Below, one piece after another: positions 1 to 11,800 of a stretch of DNA of 64,000 bases. The position numbers were made by a program, and so were the translations under genes. This DNA is from Pristiophorus japonicus (lineage: Eukaryota): assembly GCF_044704955.1 (NCBI RefSeq), contig NC_091977.1, forward strand, positions 333,312,001 through 333,376,000. Direction: 5' to 3'. Numbering within the stretch: position 1 is the stretch's first letter; each line of letters opens with the position of its first letter. The notes beneath the pieces are model-generated. The model saw only the letters and a list, made by a program, of their open reading frames with translations, ran no database searches and was not told where the DNA came from.

Positions 1-3000
1 GCAGCTCCATTGGTATACGAATCGGAAGGGTCGGAAAGCAGACCAGAAGACGGTGGGGACAGTACCCGGGACACCGAGGTACAGCGGGTCAACACGATCA
101 ATGGCCACTGCTCTTACAACAAGACGCCTCCAATAATGATGACGGTCCTACTCAATGGGATACCTGTCAACATGGAGCTGGATACGGGAGCGAGTCAATC
201 TCTCATGAGCACTCAACAATTTGAACAGCTGTGGCCACACAAAAGAGACAGACCAAAGCTCACAAGGGTCGACACCAAACTAAGGACCTATACCAAAGAA
301 ATCGTCCCAGTCCTTGGCAGTGCTATGCTCTCAGTCACACACAAAGGGACAGTGAACCGACTTCCCCTGTGGATTGTCCCCGAAGATCTCCCAGCACTGC
401 TGGGGAGAAGCTGGCTGGCTAAACTAAACTGGAAATGGGATGATGTTCACGCCATGTCGTCAGAGGAACGGACCTCCTGCTCAACAGTTCTAAGTCGATT
501 TGAACATCTTTCAGCCAGGTGTGGGCACCTTCAAAGGGGCTAAAATCAAAATCTACATCACACAGGATGCTAGACCGGTCCATCACAAGGCTAGAGCCTA
601 TGTGATGAGGGAAAAGATTGAACATGAACTGGACAGGCTTCTGCGGGAAGGCATTATCTCACCCATGGAATTTAGTGACTGGGAAAGTCCTATCGTCGCA
701 GTCATGAAGCCTGATGGATCCGTACGAATCTGTGGGGACTACAAATCTACCATAAACAGAGTCTCCCTACAGGACCAATACCCGCTGCCCAGAGTGGAGG
801 ACTTATTTGCCACATTGGCTGGAGGAAAACTTTTCTCGAAACCAGATCTCACATCTGCGTATATGACGCAAGAATTGACCGACGAGTCTAAGCTACTCAC
901 CACCATCAACACACATTGAGGCCTTTTTATGTACAATCGATGCCCATTTGGCATCAGGTCGGCAGCTGCTATATTCCAGCGCAACATGGAGAGTCTGCTC
1001 AAGTCCATCCCGGGGACGGTTGTATTTCAAGACGACATACTTATCATCATGGGCAGGGACACCAACTCCCATCTCCACAATTTGGAGGAAGTACTAAAGC
1101 GGTTGGATCGGATAGGCCTAAGAGTTAAGAAATCCAAGTGTCTGTTTCTCGCGCCCGAGGTTGAATTTTTGGTCTGAAGGATTGCCGTTGATGGAATCCG
1201 CCCAACAGAGTCCAAAACCGAAGCAATTCGCCTGGCACCCAGGCCCCGGAATGTCTCAGAACTGCGCGCCTTTCTCGGGCTACTCAATTACTTTGGGAAC
1301 TTTAAGCAGAACTTAAGCACGCTGCTGGAGCCTCTCCACGTGCTACTCAGAAAGGGGTGCGATTGGTTTTGGGGGGACACTCAGGAACGCGCCTTCAATA
1401 AGGCACGCAACCTTCTGTGTTCCAACAGTGTTTTGGCTTTCTTTGATCCAGGTAAAAAGCTAGTTCTTACATGTGATGCGTCAGCGTACGGGGTCAGTTG
1501 CGTTTTACAACATGTCAATAGTGCGGGTAAATTACAGCCTATAGCTTATGCCTCCAGGTCACATTCGCGGGCGGAGCGCGGGTACGTAATGGTGGAGAAG
1601 GATGCGCTCGCGTGCGTGTACGGTGTCAAAAAGATGCATCAATAACTTTTCGGGGCCAAGTTCGCATTAGAAACTGACCACAAGCCCCTCACGTCCCTAC
1701 TATCCAAGAGCAAGACAATAAACGCCAATGCCTCGGCGCGCATTCAACGGTGGGCACTCATGCTGGCCTCTTACAATTACACCATAAGGCACAGACCAGG
1801 CACAGACAACTGTGCCGACGTGCTTAGCAGGCTACCCCTGGCGACCACGGAAGGGTCTGACGAACAGGACTGTGAGATAGTCATGGCAATCAATGCCTTT
1901 GAGTCCACAGGTTCGCCCATGACGGTGCGCCAAATCAGAGCCTGTACGGCCAGCGACCCCACATTATCCCTAGTAAAAAGATGTGTCTTAACCGGTGACT
2001 GGGCAGAGGCTTGCGATGCCTGCCCCGAGGAGATCAAACCTTTCCATAGGCGCATGCATAAGCTGTCACTACAAGCAGACTGCCTGATGTGGGGCAGCCG
2101 AGCAGTTATGCCTCTGCGAGGCAGAGAGGCATTTGACCGGGAGCTCCACCACGAGCACCCAAGGATCGTTCTCATGAAGGCCATAGCCAGATCCCACGTC
2201 TGGTGGCCTGGCATTGCCCCGGACTTGGAGCTCTGCGTCCGACGGTGCACCATTTATGCCCAACTCAGTAATGCCCGCAGGGAGACCCCCTGAGCCCCTG
2301 GCCCTGGCCCACCAAACTGTGGTCGCGGGTGCACGTAGACTATGCGGGCCCATTCATGGGCAAAATGTTCCTTGTAGTTGTAGATGCATTTTCAAAGTGG
2401 ATTGAATGCACCATTTTAAACTCGAGCATCACCTCCACCACTGTGGAGAGCCTTGGAACCATGTTCACAACGCACGGCATTCCTGACATATTGGTCAGTG
2501 ATAATGGTCCGTGCTTCACCAGCGCAGAATTCCAAGATTTTATGAGTGACCACGGCATAAATCACGTTAGGATGGCACCGTTCAAGCCGGCCTCCAATGG
2601 CCAGGCGGAGCGAGCAGTGCAGATCATTAAACAAGGCATGCTCAAAATCCAAGGTCCCACGTTGCAGGGCCGCCTGTCGCAACTGCTGCTGGTATACAGA
2701 TCTCATCCGCATTCATTGACTGGAGTTCCCCCCGCGCAACTATTAATGAAATGGACCTTAAAGACAAGGCTCTCATTAATCCTCCCAGACATGCATGAAA
2801 TCGTTGAGGTGAAGCGCCATAAGCTAACTGAGTACCATGACCGAAATTCAAGGGGGAGATGGAATGAGATAGGGGACAAAGTGTTTGTGCTAAACTATGG
2901 CAGGGGTCCCAAATGGCTTGCAGGGACAGTAACAGGCAAGGAAGGAAACAGGCTACTGGTTGTACAAATGGACAATGGCCAAACCTGCCGGAAGCATGTA

Positions 3001-3591
3001 GAACAAGTAAAAAGTAGATTTACCAACAACACTGCTGAACCAGAAGCAGACTACAATGCGAAACTCACACCACACCTGGTGGACAGACAGAGGGAACAAC
3101 CTGAGGAAAGGGCAATCCCAACAGACAGCACAGGCGAGACACCAACAATCATACTGAACGAAACAGACAGCCCATGCGAGATACCAGCAATCACACCGAA
3201 AGAAAAACAGGCACCAAGGCAAACAACTGAACCACAACTAAGACGCTTCACGCGAGAGCGTAGACCACCTGAGAGACTGAACCTATAAAGACAATAAGAC
3301 CTTGGGGGAGGGTGATGTCATGTATCTCACACTACTATGCATAACTGTATCTTACCATGCTATACATGACTGTAACTAGAGATGACCTGCAACCCTGCAA
3401 CCACTAGCTTACCTTGCCACCAGGGGTGCACTTGCAGGAGACACTGGATACCTGTCCCAGACAGGTATATTAGGACAGGTCTCAGGCAAGTGTGGCATTC
3501 GAGAGCTGTGTAATAAAGGTGCCGGTCCTGAGTGACCTTGACTTCAGAATGTGCCTCGTGTGAATCTGTACTGCAGGGACAGGACTTTACA
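1..3591 (+). mobile_element. Gypsy/Ty3 LTR retrotransposon, decayed, 5' end outside window
   Basis: Fragmented ORFs in order: protease (LDTGAS), RT (YPLP, FQDDI), RNase H (CDAS), integrase (H..H..C, HVDYAGP, SDNGPCF, SNGQAER). Several frameshifts and stops. Polypurine tract GGGGGAGGGTGA precedes the LTR. Confidence 0.93.
3316..3591 (+). repeat. 3' LTR of the Gypsy element
   Basis: Starts TGT immediately after the PPT, ends ACA; internal AATAAA at 3512-3517. Confidence 0.75.
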
Positions 3592-3939
3592 AGAAGGGTA
3601 CTTTTTACGTTTAAGAAATGAATAAACGTGCCGGCTGACAGCCCCGGATACATTAGCCAGGTAGGTAATTAATTATTTCCTTTCGAGTCCAATTCTTGGC
3701 CACCTCGTCGGAATGGATTTATCTGCTCGAAGAGTAATGTTCGACCCTGTAATGGGGGAAATGTAAAGCTGGGCTTGTGATGGAAATGGCCCCTGAAATA
3801 TACCGTGGACAAGTCAAACTAGTGCCACTTGTTGCTGTTTCTGTGACATCGATAAAACAGCTTATCATTTACAGACATGCCTTTAATATTCATACTGCGA
3901 AACGTCAGTGTCCTGGCCCTCTGCAGATGCGATTCACAC

Positions 3940-4046
3940 CACCTCTGATGAAAGGTCATCGACTTGAAACGTTATCGCTGTCTCTCTCTCTCCACAGAGG
4001 CTGCCTGACCTGCTGAATACTTCCAGCATTTTCTCTTTTTATTTCA
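3940..4046 (+). repeat. Short interspersed repeat (Penelope-like terminal repeat) with hammerhead-ribozyme-like core
   Basis: CTGATGA(3945-3951)-a-AGGTC/atc/GACTT-GAAAC-GTT. A related copy lies on the - strand at ~20960-21095 and a more decayed one at ~55030-55090. Confidence 0.5.
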
Positions 4047-4439
4047 TACCTTATAGTTTTGGAACACTTTAAACCCTGCCTGGGCACTTGCGAGTTACCC
4101 GTTCTGTGTGTGAACGTTTTACAGATAGAGTAGAATTTTAAAGGAGGAGAGAGGTGGAGGGTTTGGGGAGGGAGTTTTAGAACATGGGACCTAAACGGCT
4201 GAAGGTACGGCCACTAATGGTGGGGCAAAGGGAGGAGGGACTGGAATATTCAGCAGTCAGCTCAAAATTGCTGTCTACGTGCACCGCATGGTTTGAATCC
4301 GAGCTTTCAGAATTGCCAGCAATATCAGTTAGTTTTGGCAAACACTTCGCAGCTTGGAAATTCTTCCAGTGCTTTTCTGTCACAATTTAATGAAGATGAG
4401 CAGGAGCACAAAGATGTCAGATGGCAGTGGGACGGAGCT

Positions 4440-4620
4440 CCTGGCCCATCAATATGCCACCCTACCGGCCTAAGCTCAGCTCTCTGGCAATGACCGAGGA
4501 GCACGGTCTCCTGAGGTCCGGGCTGAGCAGCGAGGCAGTTACAGAACTTCTGCTGGACAAGTTCTTGCAGCCAACATGGAAAGGACTCTCCGTGCGGTTG
4601 TTCAGATGTCAGGTCTCAAT
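4440..4620 (+). mobile_element. Possible PIF/Harbinger transposase relic
   Basis: Peptide YRPKLSSLAMTEEHGLLRSGLSSEAVTELL resembles the N-terminal region of HARBI1-like transposases as I recall it; no catalytic domain seen. Confidence 0.35.
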
Positions 4621-4704
4621 CTCCTAGCTCACTCAGATAAGCCAAGGACAAATGATTGGCACAACATGTGGATGCTACCTGGGAATCTGGACGACACGGT
4701 CTCA

Positions 4705-4920
4705 GTAATCATTAGCCTTCTTCAACGGCTGCAGTCCGTGTATTGAAGATTTTCCCACAGTGCTGTTAGGGAGGGAGTTCGAGGATTTTGACCAATCGCA
4801 GATAAAGGAGCGGAGATATATGTCCAAATCGGGATGGTGTGTGACTGAGAGGTGGTGGTGTTCCCATGCACATGCTGCCCTTACCCCTCTAGGTGGAGGC
4901 CGCTGATTTGGAATGTGCTG
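4705..4920 (-). mobile_element. LINE 3'-end remnant (same family as 43322-43835)
   Basis: Reverse-complement similarity to 43550-43750 (CAAAATCC..AACTCCCT, TTCAAGAAGG). Confidence 0.6.
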
Positions 4921-5139
4921 TGATTTAATCACGTCGTATCACAATGTTAAACATGCGAGGGCAAGAACGAACCAACTTTCTGTTTTATAAATCTCCTGAA
5001 ATAGTGCTCATGTAATTCTATGGAGATTTCATCTTACGCAATACAAATAATAAATATACGATATAGGTTAAAAGTCTGAGTGAAAGGCGTGGCTTGTATC
5101 AGCCGCTGTAGACAGACAGCAGTCTGCACAGAGCCGCTC

Positions 5140-5248
5140 TGCACACTACCAGGAAGACGAGTCACACACGGAATGTTGCGTTCGAGCCGTTGCTTTTTTT
5201 ATTTGCTATAAATGTTAATAGAAGTGCCTCACACTTCAGACAGACACC
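5140..5248 (+). promoter_or_regulatory. Putative promoter of V gene A
   Basis: ETS-like AGGAAG 5151-5156, AP-1/CRE-like CGAGTCA 5158-5164, and TATAAA 5207-5212 just upstream of the leader ATG. Confidence 0.4.
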
Positions 5249-5288
5249 ATGTGGCCGCGTTCGGTTGTTTTAGTGACAATTTTTCTAC
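5249..5288 (+). CDS. TRGV: TCR gamma V gene A, leader exon (MWPRSVVLVTIFL)
   Basis: ATG, hydrophobic signal peptide, phase-1 GT donor at 5289. An 86-nt intron ends TTTCCCCACAG at 5374 and splices in frame to the V exon. Confidence 0.9.
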
Positions 5289-5374
5289 GTAAATTAATTT
5301 ACTCTTTATTCAAGATTCATTTGTTTTCATCGGATTGTAAAACAAACTGTAATCTGGTATTTCTTTCCCCACAG

Positions 5375-5672
5375 ATGGATGTTTTGCTGAAGATTTGAAA
5401 CAGAATCAACTGTCAGTCACCAAGCGTATGGGGAAACGCACTGCAATTACGTGTGAGCTTGAAGGTGTCGATTCTACTTACATTCACTGGTACAAACAGG
5501 CAGCAGGACAGCAGCCCGTCAGGGTGCTCTATTTCGATGGGAGCATTCGTCGGGATAAAGGATTCGGTGAAAGGTTTGCAGCGGGGATGAGTGGAAACAA
5601 ACAACACTTTCTGAATGTGGACGTCATAAAGGCGGAGGACGCCGCCACCTATTACTGCGCATATTGGAAAGG
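5375..5672 (+). CDS. TRGV: TCR gamma V gene A, V exon (intact)
   Basis: Ig V-set hallmarks: ITC, IHWYKQ, EDAATYYCAYW. IHWY and CAxW are typical of V-gamma. Directly followed by an RSS. Confidence 0.92.
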
Positions 5673-5711
5673 CACAGCGCGAAACAGCAATTCAATGCGC
5701 TTACAAAAACC
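5673..5711 (+). other. 23-spacer recombination signal sequence of V gene A
   Basis: CACAGCG + 23 nt + consensus ACAAAAACC. Confidence 0.95.
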
Positions 5712-5841
5712 TTCAAAACTCAGCAATTCAATCATAAAAACCACATCCGAGTCACAGACAACTCACAGCTGAAAACTGCCGCAATCTTCCTTCAGTTAAA
5801 CGTTTACTCTCTCGAATATCATTGAAAAATGACACAAAGTA

Positions 5842-8800
5842 ATCATCATAGGCAGTCCCTCAGAACGAGGAAGACTTGCTTCCACTGCTAAAGTGAGTCC
5901 TTTGGTGGTTGAACAGTCCAATACGAGAGCCACAGACCCTGCAACAGGTGGGACAGACATTCGTCGGGGGAAGGGGGGGGGATGGGACTGATTTGCCGCA
6001 CGCTCCTTTCCGCTGCCTGCGCTTGACCTCTTCACGCTCGCGGCATTGAGATTCGAAGAGCTCAACGCCCTCCCGGATGCACTTTCTCCACCTAGGGCGG
6101 TCTTTGGCCAGGGACTTCCAGCAGTCAGTGGTGATGTCGCACTTTACCAGGGAGGCTTTGAGGGTGTCCTTGTAACGGTTCCGCTGCCCACCTTTGGCTC
6201 GTTTGCTGTGAAGGAGCTCCGCATAGAGTAATTGAAACATTGAAACATAGAAAATAGGTGCAGGTGTAGGCCATTCGGCCCTTTGGACCTGCACCATCGT
6301 CAATAAGATCATGGCTGATCATTCACCTCAGTACCCCGTTCCTGCATTCTCTCCATACCTCTTGATCCCTTTAGCCGTAAGGGCCATATCTAACTTCCTC
6401 TTGAATATATCCAATGAACTGACATCAACAACTCTCCGTGGTAGGGAATTCCACAGGTTAACAACTCTCTGAGTGAAAAAGGTTTCTCCTCATCTCAGTC
6501 CTAAATGGCTTACCACTTATCCATACAGTGTGTCCCCTGGTTCTGGACTTCCCCAACATCGGGAACATTCTTCCTGCATCTAACCTGTACAGTCCCGTCA
6601 GAATTTTATATGTTTCTATGAGATCCCCTCCCATCCTCCTAAACTCCAGTGAATACAGGCCCAGTCGATCCAGCTCTCCTCATATGTCAGTCCTGCCATC
6701 CCGGAAAACAGACTGGTGAACCTTCGCTGCACTCCCTCAATAGCAAGAACGTCCTTCCTCAGGTTAGACCAAAACTGAACACAATATTCCAGGTGAGGCC
6801 TCACCAAGGTCCTGTACAACTGCAATAAGACCCCTATGAAGGCCAACATACCATTTGCCTTCTTCACCGCCTGCTGTACCTGCATGCCAACGTTCAATGA
6901 CCGATGTACCATGACACCCAGGTCCCGTTGCACCTCCTCTTTTCCTAATCTGCCGTCATTCAGATAATATTCTGCCTTCGTGTTTTTACCACAAAAGTGG
7001 ATAACCTCACATTTATCCACATTATACTGCATCTGCCATGCATTTGCCCACTCACCTAACCTGTCCAAATCACCCGGCAGCCTCTTAGCATCCTCCTCAC
7101 AGCTCACACCACCACCCAGCTTAGTGTCATCTGCAAACTTGGAGATGTTACATTAATTATTTAGATGAAGGAATTGAGTGTATGTTGTAAATAGCTAGGG
7201 TCCCAGCACTGAGCCCTGCGGTACCACACTAGTCACTGCCTGCCATTCCGAAAAGGACCCGTTTATCCGGACTCTCTGCTTCCTGTCTGCCAACCAGTTC
7301 TCTATCCATGTCAGTACATTATCCTCTATACCATGTGCTTTAATTTTGCACACCAATCTCTTGTGTGGGACCTTGTAAAAAGCCTTTTGAAAGTCCAAAT
7401 ACACCACATCCACTGATTCTCCCTTGTCCACTCTACTAGTTACATCCTCAAAAAATTCCAGAAGCTTTGTCAAGCATGATTTCCCTTTCATAAATCCATG
7501 CGGACTTGGACCGATCCTGTCACTGCTTTCCAAATGCACTGCTATTTCATCTTTAATAATTGATTCCAACATTTTCCCCACTACTGATGTCAGGCTACCC
7601 TGTCTATAATTGCCCGTTTTCTCTCTCCCTCCTTTTTTAAAAAGTGGTGTTACATTAGCTACCCTCCAGTCCATAGGAACTGATCCAGAGTCGATAGACT
7701 GTTGGAAAATGATCACCAATGCATCCACTATTTCTAGGGCCACTTCCTTAAGTACTCTGGGATGCAGACTATCAGGCCCCGGGAATTTATCAGCCTTCAA
7801 TCCCATCAATTTCTCTAACACAATTTCCTGACTAATAAGGATTTCCTTCAGTTCCTCCTTCTCACTAGACCCTCTATTCCCTGGTATTTCCGGAAGATTA
7901 TTTGTGTCTTTTTCATGAAGACAGAACCAAAGTATTTGTTCAGTTGGTCTGCCATTTCTTTGTTCCCCATTATAAGTTCACCTGATTCTGACTGCAAGGG
8001 ACCTACGTTTGTCTTCACTAATCTTTTTCTCTTCTCATATCTATAGAAGCTTTTGCAGTCAGTTTTTATGTTCCCAGCAAGCTTCCTCTCATACTTTATT
8101 TTCCCCCTCTGATTTAAACCCTTTGTCCTCCTCTGCTGAATTCTAAATTTCTCCCAGTCCTCAGGTTTGCTGCTTTTTCTGGCCAATTTATATGCCTCTT
8201 CCTTGGATTTAACACTATCCTTAATTTTCCTTGTTAGCCACGGTTGAGCTACCTTCCCCGTTTTATTTTTACTCCAGAAAAGGGTGTACAATTGTTGAAG
8301 TTCATCCATGTGATCTTTAAATGTTTGCCATTGCCTATCCACCGTCAACCTTTTAAGTATCATTCGCCAGTCTATTCTAGCCAATTCACGTCACATACCA
8401 TCGAAGTTACCTTTCCTTAAGTTCAGGATCCTAGTCTCTGAATTAACTGTGTCACTCTCCATCTTAATAAAGAATTCTACGATATTATGGTCACTCTTCC
8501 CCAAGGGGCCTCGCACAACAAGATTGCTAATTAGTCCTTTCTCATTACACGTCACCCAGTCTAGGATGGCCAGCTCTCTAGTTGGTTCCTCGACATATTG
8601 CTCTAGAAAACCTTCCCTAATACACTCCAGGAAATCCTCCTCCACTGTATTGCTACCAGTTTGTTTCGCCCAATCTATATGTAGACTAGAAACATATAAA
8701 ATTCTGACGGGACTGTACAGGTTAGATGCAGGAAGAATGTTCCCGATGTTGGAGAAGTCCAGAACCAGGTGACCAAGGCTGGGAACTCAACATCCAGGGG

Positions 8801-11800
8801 TATTCAACATTCAGAAAGGATAGACAGAAAGGAAAAGGAGGTGGGGTAGCGTTGCTGGTTAAAGAGGAAATTAATGCAATAGTAAGAAAGGACATTAGCT
8901 TGGATGATGTGGAATCTTAATGGTGGAGTTGCGGAATACCAAAGGGCAGAAAACGCTGGGACCCTAGCTATTTACAACATACATTAATTATTTAGATGAA
9001 GGAATTGAGTGTAACATCTCCAAGTTTGCAGATGACACTAAGCTGGGTGGTGGTGTGAGCTGTGAGGAGGACGCTAAGAGGTTGCCGGGTGATTTGGACA
9101 GGTTAGGTGAGTGGGCACCAATCTCTTGTGTGGGACCTTGTCAATCGGCTTTTGAAAGTCCAAATACACCACATCCACTGGTTCTCTCTTGTCCACTTTA
9201 CTAGTTACATCCTCAAAAAATTCCAGAAGCTTTGTCAAGCATGATTTCCCTTTCATAAATCCATGCGGACTTGGACCGATCTTGTCACTGCTTTCCAAAT
9301 GCGCTGCTATTTCATCTTTAATAATTGATTCCAACATTTTCCCCACTACTGATGTCAGGCTACCCTGTCTATAATTACCCGTTTTCTCTCTCCCTCCTTT
9401 TTTAAAAAGTGGTGTTACATTAGCTACCCTCCAGTCCATAGGAACTGATCCAGAGTCGATAGACTGTTGGAAAATGATCACCAATGCATCCACTATTTCT
9501 AGGGCCACAGTACTCTGGGATGCAGACTATCAGGCCCCGGGAATTTATCAGCCTTCAATCCCATCAATTTCTCTAACACAATTTCCTGACTAATAAGGAT
9601 TTCCTTCAGTTCCTCCTTCTCACTAGACCCTCTATTCCCTGGTATTTCCGGAAGATTATTTGTGTCTTTTTCATGAAGACAGAACCAAAGTATTTGTTCA
9701 GTTGGAAGTCCAGAACCAGGGGACACAGTGTATGGATAAGTGGTAAGCCATTTAGGACTGAGATGAGGAGAAACCTTCTTCACTCAGAGAGTTGTTAACC
9801 TGTGGAATTCCCTACCACGGAGAGTTGTTGATGCCAGTTCATTGGATATATTCAAGAGGAAGTCCATGATAACTGCTGTACCTTTTTTGCACGCATCCCT
9901 AATTTCTTGTTTGATGCTGTCCCCAACCTCACTACTGCTGTTTGGTGGTCAGTACAAAACTCGCACTAGCGTTTTCTGCCCTTTGGTATTCCGCAACTCC
10001 ACCATTAAGATTCCACATCATCCAAGCTAATGTCCTTCCTTACTATTGCGTTAATTTCCTCTTTAACCAGCAACGCTACCCCACCTCCTTTTCCTTTCTG
10101 TCTATCCTTTCTGAATGTTGAATACCCCTAGATGTTGAGTTCCCAGCCTTAGTCACCCTGGAGCCATGTCTCCGTGATGCCAATTATATCATATTCATTA
10201 ATTGCTGCCTGTGCAGTTAATTCATCCATCTTATTACAAATACTCGGCGCATTGAGACACAGAGCCTTCAGGCTTGTCTTTTTAACACACTTTGCCCCTT
10301 TAGAATTTTGCTGTAATGTGGCCCTTTTTGATTTTTGCCTTGGGTTTCTCTACCCTCCACTTTTACTTTTCTTCTTTCTATCTTTTGCTTCTGCCCCCAT
10401 TCTACTTCCCTCTGTCTCCCTGCATAGGTTCCCATCTCCCTGCCATATTAGCTTAGGGAGCCTCGTATCTGGCATGCGAACTATGTGGCCTGCCCAGCGA
10501 AACTGATCAACTGTGGTCAGAGCTTCAATGCTGGGGATTTTAGCCTGGACGAGGACACTGATGTTGGTGCGTCTGTCCTCCCAGGGGATTTGCAGGATCT
10601 TGCGGAGACATCGTTGGTGATATATCTCCAGCGACTTGAGGTGTCTTCTGTACATCTTCCATACAGGAGGGTGGGTATTACTACAGCCCTGTAGACCATG
10701 AGCTTGGTGTTAGATTTGAGGGCCTGGTCTTCGAACACTCTTTTTCCTCAGGCAGCCAAAGGCTGCACTAGCGCACTGGAGGCAATATTGAATCTCCGCA
10801 TCAATGTCTGCCTTTGTTGATAAAAGGCTCCCGAGGTATGGGAAGTGGTCCACGTTGTCGAGGGCCGCGCCGTGAATCTTGATGACTGGGGGGGCAGTGC
10901 TGTGCAGCGAGGGCAGGCTGGTGGAGGAGCTTTGTCTTACGGATGTTAAGCGTAAGGCCCATGCTTTCATACGCCTCAGTGAATACATCGACTATATCCT
11001 GGAGTTCAGCCTCAGAATATGCGCAGACGCAGGCTTCGTCTGCGTGCTGCAGCTCAACAACTGAGGTTGGGGTGGTCTTGGACCTGGCCTGGAGGCAGCA
11101 TCGGTTAAACAGCTTCCCACTGGTTCTGTAGTTTAGTTCCACTCCAGCTGGGAGCTTGTTGACTGTGAGATGGAGCATGGCAGCGAGGAAGATTGAGAAG
11201 AGGGTTGGAGCGATGACGCACCCTGTTTGATCCCGGTCTGGACGTGGATTGGGTCTGTAATGGAACCAGTGGTAAGGATCATGGCCTGCATGTCGTCATG
11301 GAGCAGGTGAAGGATGTTGACAAACATTTGGGGGCATTTTGGACTCCCCAAAGTTTGTCAACATCCTTCGCCTGTTCCATAAGCCCTCACGGTTGACGGT
11401 TGTAAGATCAAAAAAGGCCATGTATAAGGGCTGGCGCTGCTCCCTGCATTTTTCCTGCAGCTGTCACACTGAAAAGATCATGTCCGTTGTGCCCCGTAGG
11501 GGACGAAATCCGCACTGTGATTCCGGGAGGAGCTCCTCTGCAACAGGGAGAAGACGGTTGAGGAGAACTCTAGCGACAACCTTCCCAGTGGCTGAAAGCA
11601 GGGAGATTCCCCTGTAGTTGCCGCAGTCGGCCAATCCCCCTTTTTAAAGGTAGTCATGATCACTGCATCTGTGAGATCTCCCGGCATGCTCTCCTCCCTC
11701 CAAATGAGAGAGATGAGGTCATGTATCCGCACCAACAGCGCGTCTCCGCCATAACTTAGCGCCTCAGCAGGAATTCCATCCGCACTCATAGCCTTGTTAG

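Noticed and set aside
5201-5208. Ig-type octamer (ATTTGCAT) in the V-A promoter
   Set aside because: Sequence is ATTTGCTA, only 6/8, and overlaps the TATA-like box.
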